From assembly GCA_027624955.1 (NCBI GenBank), contig JAQBTG010000006.1, positions 1,269-65,268 of the forward strand: a DNA stretch of 64,000 bases, given 5' to 3'. This stretch comes from Pseudomonadota bacterium. Lineage in GTDB: Bacteria; Pseudomonadota; Alphaproteobacteria; UBA828. Below the pieces are notes generated by a model. The model was not told where the DNA came from, made no database searches, and worked only from the letters and a program-made list of their open reading frames with translations. Below, piece after piece: positions 1 to 10,001 of the stretch. The translations under genes and the position numbers were made by a program. Each line of letters starts with the position of its first letter. Position 1 is the first letter of the stretch.

Positions 1-36
1 CGCGCGGTGTTACCGCGCGCGGTGAGACAGTGATTT

Positions 37-71
37 GAAGGCCGCGCGGCACAAAACGCCGTGCGGCCTTC
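37..71 (+). terminator. Intrinsic-terminator-like hairpin downstream of an upstream gene that lies outside the window
   Basis: A 14-bp stem (GAAGGCCGCGCGGC / GCCGTGCGGCCTTC, one G-U pair) with a 7-nt loop ACAAAAC, followed by TCTCCGTTT. It lies in non-coding DNA upstream of alaS. Confidence 0.55.
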
Positions 72-178
72 TCTCCGTTTGCACGACCTCTGTCGCACCT
101 TGCTGGACAGGCTATCCCTGGCGCTTTAAACAGCAGACACCCGCGCGTCGAGCTGAGCGGCCTTAAATCGGATTTGTC

Positions 179-2824
179 ATGCTAAGCGTCAGTGATATTC
201 GTAGCCATTTTCTGGACTATTTCCGCAGTCACGATCATGAGGTCGTGGCGTCCAGCCCGCTCGTGCCGCACAACGATCCGACGCTGATGTTTACCAATGC
301 TGGCATGGTGCAATTCAAGAATGTCTTCACCGGAGCCGAGACGCGGGCCTATCAGCGTGCCGCGACGTCGCAAAAATGCGTGCGCGCCGGCGGCAAGCAT
401 AATGATCTTGACAATGTCGGCTACACCGCGCGCCACCACACCTTCTTCGAGATGCTGGGCAATTTTTCGTTTGGCGATTATTTCAAGGAACGCGCGATCG
501 AGTTGGCGTGGAATCTGGTGACTAAGGAGTTCGGGTTGGATGCCGAGCGCCTACTGGTCACCGTATTCGCCGAGGATGAGGACGCGTTTGACCTATGGGG
601 CAAGGTCGCGGGTCTGCCGGACAGCCGAATCATTCGCATTCCCACATCGGACAATTTTTGGGCTATGGGCGATACCGGCCCGTGCGGCCCGTGCTCCGAG
701 ATATTCTATGATCACGGGCCCGATATCGCCGGTGGTCCACCGGGCAGCGCCGACCAAGACGGCGATCGTTTCGTGGAAATCTGGAATTTGGTGTTCATGC
801 AATATGAGCAGGTCACCGCGACCGAGCGTATCGACCTGCCCAAGCCCAGCATCGATACCGGCATGGGGCTGGAACGTATTGCTGCCATCCTTCAGGGCGC
901 GCATGACAATTATGAAACCGATCTGTTTCGCAATTTGATCGCTGCCAGCGTTGAAGTTTCCGGCATGCCGGCCGCGGGCGGTCATGTCGTGTCGCACCGC
1001 GTCGTGGCGGACCATTTGCGCGCCAGCGCGTTTCTCATCGCCGATGGTGTGACGCCGTCAAACGAGGGCCGCGGATATGTGCTGCGCCGCATCATGCGCC
1101 GCGCCATGCGCTATGCCCATCAGATGGGCTGCACCGAGCCGTTGATGTGGCGCCTGGTGCCGACATTGGTCGGCGAAATGGGCCAGGCCTTTCCCGAGCT
1201 GGCCCGCGCCGAACCGCTGATCGGCGAAACCCTGAAACTGGAAGAAACCCGCTTCAAGCAGACGCTGGCGCGCGGCCTGAAACTATTGGGCGAGGCGACT
1301 GCGCGGCTTGGCGACGGCGAAACCCGGCCGGGTGAGGTTGCCTTCCAACTCTATGATACGTTTGGCTTTCCCCTCGACCTGACACAGGACGCATTGCGCC
1401 GCGACGGGCGCGATGTAGACACGGCCGGTTTCGACAGGGCCATGGATCGCCAGCGCGCCGAAGCGCGCAAGGCCTGGACTGGCTCCGGCGACGCGGCGAC
1501 GGAACGGGTGTGGTTCGAAATTCGTGAACGGACCGGCGCGAGCGAATTTCTCGGTTATGAAATGGAAAACTCCGAGGGTGTTGTTCTGGCCCTGGTGCAA
1601 GACGGCGCCCAGGTGAGTGAGGTAGCGACCGGCGCGGAAGCCGCACTGGTGTTGAATCAGACACCGTTCTATGGTGAATCCGGCGGTCAGATGGGTGACA
1701 ATGGGCTGATCACCTCCGCCGAAGGCGCCAGATTTATTGTTACCAATACTCTGAAGCGCGCCGGTGACTTGATCGTCCATTTGGGCACCGTGGAGAGCGG
1801 CGTCCTCCAGATCGGCGATGCGCTAACATTGATCATCGATGCGCCGCGCCGCGCCGCCTTGCGAGCCAACCATTCTGCTACGCATTTGCTGCACGCCGCC
1901 TTGCGCCACCACCTTGGCGGTCACGTCAGCCAGAAGGGCTCGCTTGTCGCGCCTGAGCGTCTGCGCTTCGATATCAGCCACCCCAAGGCGATCAGCGCGG
2001 AGGAGCGCGACGCGGTAGAAGCCGAAGTGAATGCGTGCATTCGTGAAAATTCATCGTTGGTCACGCGCCTAATGACACCGGAAGAAGCGGTGGAAAATGG
2101 CGCGTTGGCGCTGTTCGGGGAAAAGTACGGCGAGGAGGTGCGTGTCGTCTCCATGGGGGAGAATGGCGAATCGGCCTATTCGGTTGAACTGTGCGGCGGC
2201 ACTCATGTCCGGCGCGCTGGCGATATCGGCATGTTCACGATCCTTTCCGAGGCCGCGGTGGCAGCTGGCGTGCGCCGCATTGAGGCGCTCACCGGTGAAG
2301 CGGCCCGTCGCCATGCGCGCGCTCAAGAGGATTATCTGGTCGAAGCGAGCGGCCTGGTTAAATCGACTGCCGCAGATCTGGCTACGCGCATCGCGGCATT
2401 TCTCGAAGAACGTCGCCAGCTCGAGCGCGAGTTGCGCGAATTACGCAAGCAGGCGGCGCTCGGCGGCAGCGAGAAGGCGCTTCAAACCAGTGTTATTGGC
2501 GGCGTCACATTTCTTGCGCAACGCCTTGACGGGACACCACCGCGTGAATTGCGCCCCATGGTGGATGCGCTGAAAAAGAAACTCGGCTCCTGTGTGTGTG
2601 CCATCGTTACCGTCACCGACGGCAAGACCGCCCTGGTGGTCGGCGTCAGCGATGATCTGACGGCGCGCGTGAGCGCCGTCGACCTGGTGCGCGCGGGTGC
2701 CGCCATTCTCGGCGGCTTTGGCGGCGGTGGGCGACCCGACATGGCGCAGGCCGGTGGTCCCGATGGCGACAAAGCCGATGCCGCCTTAGAATCTATAGAA
2801 GCAGCTTTGAAAAATTTGGCCTGA
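179..2824 (+). CDS. alaS: Alanine--tRNA ligase
   Basis: 881-aa ORF with class II AlaRS signatures: [28 protein letters not shown], the editing-domain HSATHLLH...CGGTH, and a C-terminal [13 protein letters not shown]. Confidence 0.97.
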   Translation: MLSVSDIRSHFLDYFRSHDHEVVASSPLVPHNDPTLMFTNAGMVQFKNVFTGAETRAYQRAATSQKCVRAGGKHNDLDNVGYTARHHTFFEMLGNFSFGDYFKERAIELAWNLVTKEFGLDAERLLVTVFAEDEDAFDLWGKVAGLPDSRIIRIPTSDNFWAMGDTGPCGPCSEIFYDHGPDIAGGPPGSADQDGDRFVEIWNLVFMQYEQVTATERIDLPKPSIDTGMGLERIAAILQGAHDNYETDLFRNLIAASVEVSGMPAAGGHVVSHRVVADHLRASAFLIADGVTPSNEGRGYVLRRIMRRAMRYAHQMGCTEPLMWRLVPTLVGEMGQAFPELARAEPLIGETLKLEETRFKQTLARGLKLLGEATARLGDGETRPGEVAFQLYDTFGFPLDLTQDALRRDGRDVDTAGFDRAMDRQRAEARKAWTGSGDAATERVWFEIRERTGASEFLGYEMENSEGVVLALVQDGAQVSEVATGAEAALVLNQTPFYGESGGQMGDNGLITSAEGARFIVTNTLKRAGDLIVHLGTVESGVLQIGDALTLIIDAPRRAALRANHSATHLLHAALRHHLGGHVSQKGSLVAPERLRFDISHPKAISAEERDAVEAEVNACIRENSSLVTRLMTPEEAVENGALALFGEKYGEEVRVVSMGENGESAYSVELCGGTHVRRAGDIGMFTILSEAAVAAGVRRIEALTGEAARRHARAQEDYLVEASGLVKSTAADLATRIAAFLEERRQLERELRELRKQAALGGSEKALQTSVIGGVTFLAQRLDGTPPRELRPMVDALKKKLGSCVCAIVTVTDGKTALVVGVSDDLTARVSAVDLVRAGAAILGGFGGGGRPDMAQAGGPDGDKADAALESIEAALKNLA

Positions 2825-2827
2825 ACT

Positions 2828-4042
2828 TCAAGCCATCTCGGCTTCGAGGTTACGCGCGATCGCTTCAAGAAAATCCTTGGAATTTAACCATTTGGTGTCA
2901 CCCGGCACGAGGAGCGCCAGATCCTTGGTCATTTCGCCGCCCTCGACGGTTGAAACACAAACCTGCTCCAATGTCTGCGCAAACCGCGCCAACGCATCGT
3001 TTTCATCTAGCTTAGCGCGGTGGCTGAGCCCGCGCGTCCAGGCAAAAATAGACGCGATCGGGTTGGTCGAGGTTTCCTCGCCGCGCTGATAGGCGCGGTA
3101 ATGCCGCGTCACGGTGCCGTGCGCCGCTTCTGCTTCAACCGTATTGCCGTCCGGTGTCAGCAGCACAGACGTCATTAACCCGAGCGAGCCGAAGCCCTGG
3201 GCCACGGTATCGGACTGCACATCGCCGTCATAATTCTTACAGGCCCAGACATAGCCACCTTCCCATTTCATCGCCGCCGCCACCATATCGTCGATCAGAC
3301 GGTGCTCGTAGGTGAGACCGGCGGCGTCGAACTTTGATTTATATTCAGCTTCGAATATTTCCTGGAAAAGGTCCTTGAAGCGTCCATCATAGGCCTTGAG
3401 GATGGTGTTCTTGGTTGACATGTAGAGCGGCCAGCCACGTTCGAGCGCGAATTTCATGCAGGCGCGCGCAAAATCTCGGATCGAGTCATCGAGATTGTAC
3501 ATTGTCATGGCGACACCGCCGCTGGGGAAATTGAAAACTTCGCGCTCGATCACGTCGCCGTCGCCCTCTGGCTCGAATCGAACGGTCAATTTGCCCGGGC
3601 CTGGAACAACGAAATCGGTGGCGCGGTATTGATCGCCGAACGCATGGCGGCCAATGACGATGGGTTTGGTCCAGCCCGGCACCAGGCGCGGAATATTGCT
3701 GCACACGATGGGCTCGCGGAATACCGTGCCGCCGAGAATGTTGCGAATCGTGCCATTCGGTGAGCGCCACATCTTTTTGAGGCCGAATTCCTCGACCCGC
3801 TCTTCGTCGGGCGTGATGGTGGCGCATTTGACGCCGACGCCATGTTTTTTGATCGCCTCGGCCGCGTCGATCGTGACCTGATCATCCGTTTTGTCGCGGT
3901 ATTCCATGCCAAGATCGTAATAGGCCAGATCGATGTCGAGATACGGCAGGATCAAACGGTCCTTGATCCACTGCCAGATAATGCGCGTCATCTCGTCGCC
4001 ATCGAGTTCCACAACGGGGTTCGCGACCTTGATCTTATCCAT
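2828..4042 (-). CDS. icd: NADP-dependent isocitrate dehydrogenase (about 404-aa homodimeric type)
   Basis: The translation from ATG 4042 ([23 protein letters not shown]...[16 protein letters not shown]...) matches the eukaryote-like NADP-IDH family. The longest ORF starts 17 codons upstream at 4093. Confidence 0.93.
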   Translation of the reverse strand: MDKIKVANPVVELDGDEMTRIIWQWIKDRLILPYLDIDLAYYDLGMEYRDKTDDQVTIDAAEAIKKHGVGVKCATITPDEERVEEFGLKKMWRSPNGTIRNILGGTVFREPIVCSNIPRLVPGWTKPIVIGRHAFGDQYRATDFVVPGPGKLTVRFEPEGDGDVIEREVFNFPSGGVAMTMYNLDDSIRDFARACMKFALERGWPLYMSTKNTILKAYDGRFKDLFQEIFEAEYKSKFDAAGLTYEHRLIDDMVAAAMKWEGGYVWACKNYDGDVQSDTVAQGFGSLGLMTSVLLTPDGNTVEAEAAHGTVTRHYRAYQRGEETSTNPIASIFAWTRGLSHRAKLDENDALARFAQTLEQVCVSTVEGGEMTKDLALLVPGDTKWLNSKDFLEAIARNLEAEMA

Positions 4043-4156
4043 GAAAGGCTCTCCGGAAGGGTGGGCGGTGTGTAGAGTAACGGCTGACCGCATAGAGGCG
4101 GCGGCGGCACCATAGCATTGGCGCTTTTTCGGTCAAGGCCCCGACGTACGCGAACC

Positions 4157-4756
4157 TTAAAATCGCTCCGGCGCCTCAGGGATTTCGGGTGGTGGCGCGG
4201 CCTCCAAGAATTTGAACAGCTCCGCAACGCTATCGGCGACATGGTACAAACCGTGAGCCGAAGGCGGGGCGAAGCCCTCGGCCACCACCGCATCCAGAAG
4301 CGCCCGGAGCGGCGCCCAGTAGCCGCCCGATTCGAGAATAACCACGGGTTTGTCGTGCAGCCCGATCTGCCGCCACGTCAGGATCTCGAAAAATTCGTCT
4401 AGTGTGCCAAGTCCGCCGGGCAAAACGACAAAGGCGTCGGCGCGTTTGAACATGATCTCTTTGCGTTGATGCATGCTGTCCACAACTATGGTTTCGCTAA
4501 GCCCGCTATGTTGCAATTCCTCGCGCGCCAAATGATGCGGAATGACGCCGACGACATGTCCGTTGGCCGCTAGCACGGCATCAGCAACCTCAGTCATCAG
4601 GCCGATGCCGCCGGCGCCATAGACCAGAGATATGCCGCGCGCCGCGATTTCGCCGCCGAGCCCGCGCGCAAGGGCAGCGTGACGCGGGTCCTTGCCCTTG
4701 CTGGAGCCGCAATAGACGCAGAGCGTTTCAATCCGTTTCATGCGGCGGTCATACAA
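4157..4756 (-). CDS. LOG family protein (TIGR00730 Rossmann-fold nucleotide-binding, cytokinin riboside 5'-monophosphate phosphoribohydrolase-like)
   Basis: The 199-aa ORF carries VYCGSS...GGIGLMTEVA and the PGGLGTLDEFFE motif typical of LOG proteins. The start could also be ATG 4741. Confidence 0.8.
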   Translation of the reverse strand: MYDRRMKRIETLCVYCGSSKGKDPRHAALARGLGGEIAARGISLVYGAGGIGLMTEVADAVLAANGHVVGVIPHHLAREELQHSGLSETIVVDSMHQRKEIMFKRADAFVVLPGGLGTLDEFFEILTWRQIGLHDKPVVILESGGYWAPLRALLDAVVAEGFAPPSAHGLYHVADSVAELFKFLEAAPPPEIPEAPERF

Positions 4757-4906
4757 CGTGGCAGCGTGAGATACCAGTCAGCGGCATAAGAAGTTTGTTG
4801 CTGGCGCTGTTCACGATAAGATGATGACGGCAGTGGGCAAAGCCGCTTTACCCTGCTCATGGCGGCGGTTAGCGTTCGTGTAATGAAGAAATTTGGGAGG
4901 GCGAAT

Positions 4907-5374
4907 ATGTTTCGGTTATCTGGACTAACTTTGGCGATCCTGGTGGCCGGAGCTATCGGCATTACGTCGTTGACGCCGCCTGTGGCCGCCGCCGACGATC
5001 CAGCCAATGTCATCAAATACCGCAAGCAGGTGATGGTGGCGAACGCGTCGCACATAACCAACATATTCAGCGTCCTCAAAGGCGAAACCTCCTATGGCGG
5101 GCACATTGCCGCCAATGCACGCGCCATTTCCGACGGCGCGGCGATGATGGTGGACATATTCCCACAGGGAAGCGGTGACGGCGATACCGCTGCGCTGCCC
5201 TCGATCTGGCAGGATTGGCCCAAGTTCGAGGCCGCCGCAATGGCCTTGAAAACGGCCGCCGATAAATTGGCGAACGCTGCCGGAACTGGCGATATGGCAG
5301 CTGTCGGCGCTGCCGCGGGCGAAGTCGGTAAGGCTTGTGGAGGCTGTCACGAGCCGTTTCGTAAAAAGAAATAG
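4907..5374 (+). CDS. Class II cytochrome c (cytochrome c'/c-556 family), secreted
   Basis: It has a signal peptide (MFRLSGLTLAILVAGA...AAADD) and a single C-terminal haem motif, CGGCH, followed by EPFRKKK. GGGAGG lies 6 nt upstream of ATG 4907. Confidence 0.75.
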   Translation: MFRLSGLTLAILVAGAIGITSLTPPVAAADDPANVIKYRKQVMVANASHITNIFSVLKGETSYGGHIAANARAISDGAAMMVDIFPQGSGDGDTAALPSIWQDWPKFEAAAMALKTAADKLANAAGTGDMAAVGAAAGEVGKACGGCHEPFRKKK

Positions 5375-5414
5375 GCGACTTCCTCCTGCTGCTATCTCTT
5401 CGGCTCCTGTCTGA

Positions 5415-6353
5415 ATGATGAATATCGGGCAGATTAAGACGCTTTGGGCCCCGTTTGCGCTCATATTGGTTGCGCTGCTCGCCGGCTCTCCCGGGACCGC
5501 TAGGTCCGAGGCGGCAGACGCGGTGCGCGGCGAATACATCGTGCGCGCTGCCGGCTGCATAAGCTGTCACACGCAGAAGGACGGCAAGGGCGAATTTCTG
5601 GCTGGCGGACGCGCCCTTCTCTCGCCTTACGGCACTTTCTATTCCAGTAACATCACACCGGATTCCGAAACTGGCATCGGCGGCTGGAGCGATGCCGACT
5701 TCATCCATGCCATGCGCCACGGTGAATCGCCGCTGGGCCGGACTTATTATCCAGCATTTCCCTACGCCTCCTTTAGCGCCATGCAGCGCCAGGACATGTT
5801 GGATATTAAGGCTTATCTTTTCACCGCCGCGCCGGTGCGGCAGGAGAATCGCGCCCAGGAATTACGCTTTCCGTTCTCCTGGAGGTTTTCAATTTACCCG
5901 TGGCGCTGGCTGTTTTTTTCGCCGGCCGAAGAGACACCGGATGCCCCCTTTACGAAGCCCGAAGAGCGCGGCCGATATCTGGTTGATGTGCTCGGGCATT
6001 GTGCCGAATGCCACACGCCGCGCAATATGGCGGGCGGGCTCAAGCGCGGCAAAACGCTGGCCGGATCGCGCTACGGACCCGGCGGCACGGTGCCAAATAT
6101 CACGCCGGATACCGAAACCGGCATCGGCGCCTGGTCGATTGGCGATCTGGTGTTCTTTTTTCAGACAGGCTTAAAGCCGGATGGTGACGATGTGCAGGGC
6201 GAAATGCGCGATGTCATCGAAGACGGTCTGCGTCATCTGAGCAAAGAAGACTTGCTCGCCATCGCGACGTATCTTCAGACGGTGCCGCCGATCCATCATG
6301 CGGTGAAGCGCGCCAAGAGCCACGGCGCCAGTTCCCAATATGATGAGTGGTAG
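5415..6353 (+). CDS. Dihaem cytochrome c (alcohol/aldehyde dehydrogenase cytochrome-subunit-like)
   Basis: 312-aa ORF with an N-terminal signal sequence and two CxxCH motifs (CISCH, CAECH), each followed by a conserved ITPD..TGIG.WS block. Confidence 0.8.
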   Translation: MMNIGQIKTLWAPFALILVALLAGSPGTARSEAADAVRGEYIVRAAGCISCHTQKDGKGEFLAGGRALLSPYGTFYSSNITPDSETGIGGWSDADFIHAMRHGESPLGRTYYPAFPYASFSAMQRQDMLDIKAYLFTAAPVRQENRAQELRFPFSWRFSIYPWRWLFFSPAEETPDAPFTKPEERGRYLVDVLGHCAECHTPRNMAGGLKRGKTLAGSRYGPGGTVPNITPDTETGIGAWSIGDLVFFFQTGLKPDGDDVQGEMRDVIEDGLRHLSKEDLLAIATYLQTVPPIHHAVKRAKSHGASSQYDEW

Positions 6354-6430
6354 CTTAAACCCATGATGCCTTGTTGCGCCCGGCGCTGATGGTATAGTCC
6401 GGTTTTTCGCGCGACGAAATACGAGGCCAC

Positions 6431-7618
6431 GTGAAACGCAACTTAAGAGCCTTGGTGCTGATCGTTCTAGTGGCGATCATCGTTGGTGTTGTGCTTGGCG
6501 TATTCCTCTCGGGCGGCGATGAGGAAGACGGAGCGCCCGTGCGCGTGGCATCCGTAGAAAGCGATTCCGCTTCCGCTGGCAATCAAATTTCCGAGCCCGA
6601 AAACACTCAATCCGAAATCGCCGAGACCATGACCGACCAGCCTTCAGGCGCGACCGGATCGGACGTTGAAGAAATCCGGCAGACGAATTTAGAAGAACAG
6701 ATTCGCGTACAGGAGGAACCACCCACCGCAGGCGCGATGGTGACACCACCCAGTTTCGACGTGGTGCGGGTTTCACCGGGCGGCCGGGCAGTCATAGCGG
6801 GCAGGGCGGAGCCGGGTGCCGAGGTAACGGTGCTGGATGACGGTATTCCGATCGGCACGGTGCGTGCCGACAAACGGGGTGAATGGGTGCTGGTGCCAGA
6901 TAACAACCTTGAGGGCGGAGACCGCGAGCTTTCTCTCGTGCAGGATTTACCGAACGGCGATCGAATGCAGTCCGAGCAGATTGTCGTGCTGTCCGTGCCG
7001 GTTCTGCCAGATAAGTCGGCGGTCGGGGCGGGGGAAGCCGAAACCGCGGGCACGGCGCCGGGTGAAGAGAAAACCGAAGACGGCGTGTTGGCAGTTCTGG
7101 TTGAGCGCACCGGCGATGGTCCCAGCCGCGTTCTGCAAAGCCCCGAGGTCGCCGGCGAGGGCATCGGCAACGAATCGGAAGTCAGCATTCGCAGCCTAGA
7201 TTATGATTCCGAGGGCGAGGTAACTCTAGCCGGGCGTACCGAACCCAATGCAATTGTGAATGTTTACGTGGACGGAGAATATATTGGCAGCGCCCAGGCC
7301 AGCGAAGAAGGCGATTGGCAGCTTACACCGGAGAAAGAAGTTGTGCCCGGCCAGCATAGCCTGCGCATCGACAAAGTGGATGAGACGGGGGCCGTCCTCG
7401 CCCGCATCGAGACGCCCATCAGCCGCGCCCGCCCAGAGGAACTTTCGTTGGGTGATGCATTGGTCGTGGTTCAACCTGGCAACAGCCTATGGCGCATTGC
7501 CCGGCGCGCCTACGGCGGTGGCGTTTATTATACTGAGATATTTGGCGCCAATCGGGCGCAGATACTCGACCCGAACATGATCTTTCCCGGGCAAATCCTT
7601 GCGCTGCCGGTGCTTTAG
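6431..7618 (+). CDS. Membrane-anchored LysM peptidoglycan-binding protein with two Ig-like repeats
   Basis: It has an N-terminal TM helix and an acidic linker. Two similar modules follow (GRAEPGAEVTVLDDGIPIGTVRADKRGEWVL / GRTEPNAIVNVYVDGEYIGSAQASEEGDWQL). The C-terminal LysM reads VVVQPGNSLWRIARRAYGGGVYYTEIFGANRAQILDPNMIFPGQILALP. The start codon is GTG. Confidence 0.8.
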   Translation: MKRNLRALVLIVLVAIIVGVVLGVFLSGGDEEDGAPVRVASVESDSASAGNQISEPENTQSEIAETMTDQPSGATGSDVEEIRQTNLEEQIRVQEEPPTAGAMVTPPSFDVVRVSPGGRAVIAGRAEPGAEVTVLDDGIPIGTVRADKRGEWVLVPDNNLEGGDRELSLVQDLPNGDRMQSEQIVVLSVPVLPDKSAVGAGEAETAGTAPGEEKTEDGVLAVLVERTGDGPSRVLQSPEVAGEGIGNESEVSIRSLDYDSEGEVTLAGRTEPNAIVNVYVDGEYIGSAQASEEGDWQLTPEKEVVPGQHSLRIDKVDETGAVLARIETPISRARPEELSLGDALVVVQPGNSLWRIARRAYGGGVYYTEIFGANRAQILDPNMIFPGQILALPVL

Positions 7619-7695
7619 TAATTTTTCGGCGAACAGACTGAGAGCGCGCGCCCCCGACTGGAAATTCGTGAATAGCGTGTCGGTGGTGTAGCCGT

Positions 7696-8178
7696 TCAGT
7701 CCAGGCGCGCGATCATATAAGTCAAAAGAGAATTGATCTTGGCCTTGTCCTGCTCTGAAAGGCCATGGGTCGCCAGCGCGTTAACCTCCAGCGCATAAGG
7801 CACCAATTCGTCGCGCAACAGATTGCCGCGCTCGGTGAGAAAGACATTAATGCGCCGCCGGTCGTTTTCGTCGCGCACCCGGCGCACCAGCCCATCGCGT
7901 TCCATTCGGTCGAGAGTTCGCGTGGTGGTGGGCTCTTCGATTTGGACGCGCCGGCTAAGTTGCTTTTGGCTGAGCCCGTCCTTTTCCCAGAGATAAAGCA
8001 GCAACGGCCATTGGCCGGCGCTCACATCATGCTCAGCAAAGCGCGATTGCAACGCGCGAGCGAACAGGCGTGCCGCGACGCTCACCAGTTGGGATGTGCT
8101 GTCTTCAATGACGAATGTCGAGCCGCCGTCTTCTTTTCCGACCGGACCCGGATGTCTGCGCGATATCTGATACGCCAC
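7696..8178 (-). CDS. MarR family transcriptional regulator
   Basis: 160-aa ORF with a winged-HTH region, GLSQKQLSRRVQIEEPTTTRTLDRMERDGLVRRVRDENDRR. It is divergent from the aldolase gene. Confidence 0.85.
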   Translation of the reverse strand: MAYQISRRHPGPVGKEDGGSTFVIEDSTSQLVSVAARLFARALQSRFAEHDVSAGQWPLLLYLWEKDGLSQKQLSRRVQIEEPTTTRTLDRMERDGLVRRVRDENDRRRINVFLTERGNLLRDELVPYALEVNALATHGLSEQDKAKINSLLTYMIARLD

Positions 8179-8327
8179 TGGGAACCTTTGTCACACGCCT
8201 AGATCAACGGATTCCTGAACCTACTCTGGTGCGAACGCCAAAACAACGTGGCGGGCTTTGGGCTGTCGGTACCGCGTGCTAGGCTCGGCGCCACGAACTT
8301 CAAACCGAATTGTGGAGATAATATTCG

Positions 8328-9146
8328 ATGGCGATAATCAACACCTGCAAGAAAAAACTTCTCAAGGGCGATCCCGCGATTGGCGCCTGGCTTTCGATGG
8401 GCAGCCCGATTGCCGCGGAAATCGTCGCCAATGCCGGCTATGACGCCGTCGTACTGGATCATGAGCATGGTCCGGGCGATTTCCTCAATGCCATTTCGTT
8501 GATGCAGGCGGTTGCCGAGGCTGGACCGACGCCGATGATGCGGGTGCCGTGGAACGATACCGTCTATATCAAGCGGGCGCTCGATATCGGCGTGATGGGC
8601 GTGCTCGTGCCCTATATCCAAAATGCTGAAGAGGCCCGTGCGGCGGTTGATGCCTGCCGCTATCCGACAGTCGGCATTCGCGGAGTCGCGCCACATGCTG
8701 GGCGTTGTTCGCGCTGGGGCGCGCGGCTTGGCGAATATCTCGATGCATGGCCGAAGCAATTGCTTCTGATGTGCCAAATTGAAACTGAAGAGGCGATCAA
8801 CAATATCGAAGAAATCGCAGCGGTGGACGGCGTCGACATGTTGTTTCTCGGCCCGAGCGATGTCTCGGCCAGTATCGGACATATGCTTGACCTTGAGAAT
8901 CCCAAAGTCACCGCCTTGTTCGAGCGCGCCGAAAGCAAAATGCGCAAGACCAACAAATTGATGGGCACCGTCATCCGCCCCGGACATACGCTCAGTTGGA
9001 CCTACGAGCGGGGATATGATTTCGTGATCGCGGGCGGCGATGCGCGCTTGCTCGGGGCCAGCGCCCAAGCGCAGGTCAGCGGCTTTCGCGATAAGCCGCC
9101 AAAACGTCCGAAACGGGCCAACGCGCCACATCGCAAACGTGGTTGA
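8328..9146 (+). CDS. HpcH/HpaI family aldolase (2,4-dihydroxyhept-2-ene-1,7-dioate aldolase-like)
   Basis: 272-aa ORF with GAWLSMGSPIAAEIVANAGYDAVVLDHEHGPGD, MMRVPWND and QIETEEAINNIEEIAAVDGVDMLFLGPSD, which are characteristic of this family. Confidence 0.85.
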   Translation: MAIINTCKKKLLKGDPAIGAWLSMGSPIAAEIVANAGYDAVVLDHEHGPGDFLNAISLMQAVAEAGPTPMMRVPWNDTVYIKRALDIGVMGVLVPYIQNAEEARAAVDACRYPTVGIRGVAPHAGRCSRWGARLGEYLDAWPKQLLLMCQIETEEAINNIEEIAAVDGVDMLFLGPSDVSASIGHMLDLENPKVTALFERAESKMRKTNKLMGTVIRPGHTLSWTYERGYDFVIAGGDARLLGASAQAQVSGFRDKPPKRPKRANAPHRKRG

Positions 9147-9173
9147 GATAAACTAGATTTAGGGCGCGGCATC

Positions 9174-9199
9174 GGCGGCTCTTGGCATCAAGAGCCGCC
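9174..9199 (+). terminator. Perfect 11-bp stem hairpin after the aldolase gene (terminator-like, no T-tract)
   Basis: GGCGGCTCTTG-GCAT-CAAGAGCCGCC, 28 nt after the stop codon at 9146. The lack of a U-run keeps confidence low. Confidence 0.35.
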
Positions 9200-9350
9200 A
9201 CCGTTGCCTGCTGGTTTGATATCGTCAGGCCGCTGTTGCGGCTAGCCTGCGTTCGGCCAAAACCTCTTGCATCTTCATATCGGCGATTGGCAAGCTTGCC
9301 GTCGCCGCCTAGACTCCCGCTCTCCCGAGACATGTTTGTGGAAATAGTAC

Positions 9351-9995
9351 ATGCCAAAATGGGCCAGCGGGCCGACCGGCCACCCTTCCTATTGGCGGCG
9401 CGCGAAAAAGGAATTGAGCGCCGCGGACCCAGTGATGGCGGATATCATCAAGGGCTGTGGGCGCGGCGGTTTGATCGGACAGGGCGATCCCTTTGTCACT
9501 CTTGTGCGCTCGATCGTGGGGCAGCAAATATCGGTGCGTGCGGCGGACAGTATTTGGAATCGGCTGGAAGAGACGGTCGGCGGCATTTCGCCGAAGAAGG
9601 TCGCGGCCCGGGACGAAGCTGAACTACACGGCGCCGGGCTGACGCGGCGCAAAGCTTCCTATATCCGCGATATCGCTGTGGCGTTCTTGGACGGCGGCGT
9701 GGCGCCTTCGATGTGGCCCAAAATAGACGATGAGGGCGTCATCGCAGAACTTCTCGTTCTGCGCGGAATCGGCCGATGGACGGCAGAAATGTTTCTCATA
9801 TTTCATTTGCTCCGGCCCAATGTCCTGCCGCTTGACGATATCGGTCTGATTCGCGCCTGTGAGCGTCATTACGCTGGCGGTGACGCGATGGCGCGCGCAG
9901 ATATCGAACAGCTCGCCGAGCGCTGGCAGCCCTGGCGCTCAGTGGCAACCTGGCATCTTTGGCGCAGCCTCGACCCGACGCCTGTTGCCTACTAG
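9351..9995 (+). CDS. alkA: DNA-3-methyladenine glycosylase II family (HhH-GPD)
   Basis: 214-aa ORF with the helix-hairpin-helix/GPD region LRGIGRWTAEMFLIFHLLRPNVLPLDDIGL. Confidence 0.8.
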   Translation: MPKWASGPTGHPSYWRRAKKELSAADPVMADIIKGCGRGGLIGQGDPFVTLVRSIVGQQISVRAADSIWNRLEETVGGISPKKVAARDEAELHGAGLTRRKASYIRDIAVAFLDGGVAPSMWPKIDDEGVIAELLVLRGIGRWTAEMFLIFHLLRPNVLPLDDIGLIRACERHYAGGDAMARADIEQLAERWQPWRSVATWHLWRSLDPTPVAY

Positions 9996-10001
9996 TCCGA
10001 G

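Noticed and set aside
8199-9131. 310-aa ORF on the minus strand covering the HpcH/HpaI aldolase gene
   Set aside because: It is exactly antisense to a well-supported aldolase CDS. Its translation is Arg/Gly/His-rich with no recognisable motif, which is typical of spurious antisense ORFs in GC-rich DNA.
9076-9622. 93-aa (minus) and 146-aa (plus) ORFs in and around the aldolase/alkA gap
   Set aside because: Both overlap supported genes out of frame and have no recognisable features. The gap is more simply a terminator/promoter region.
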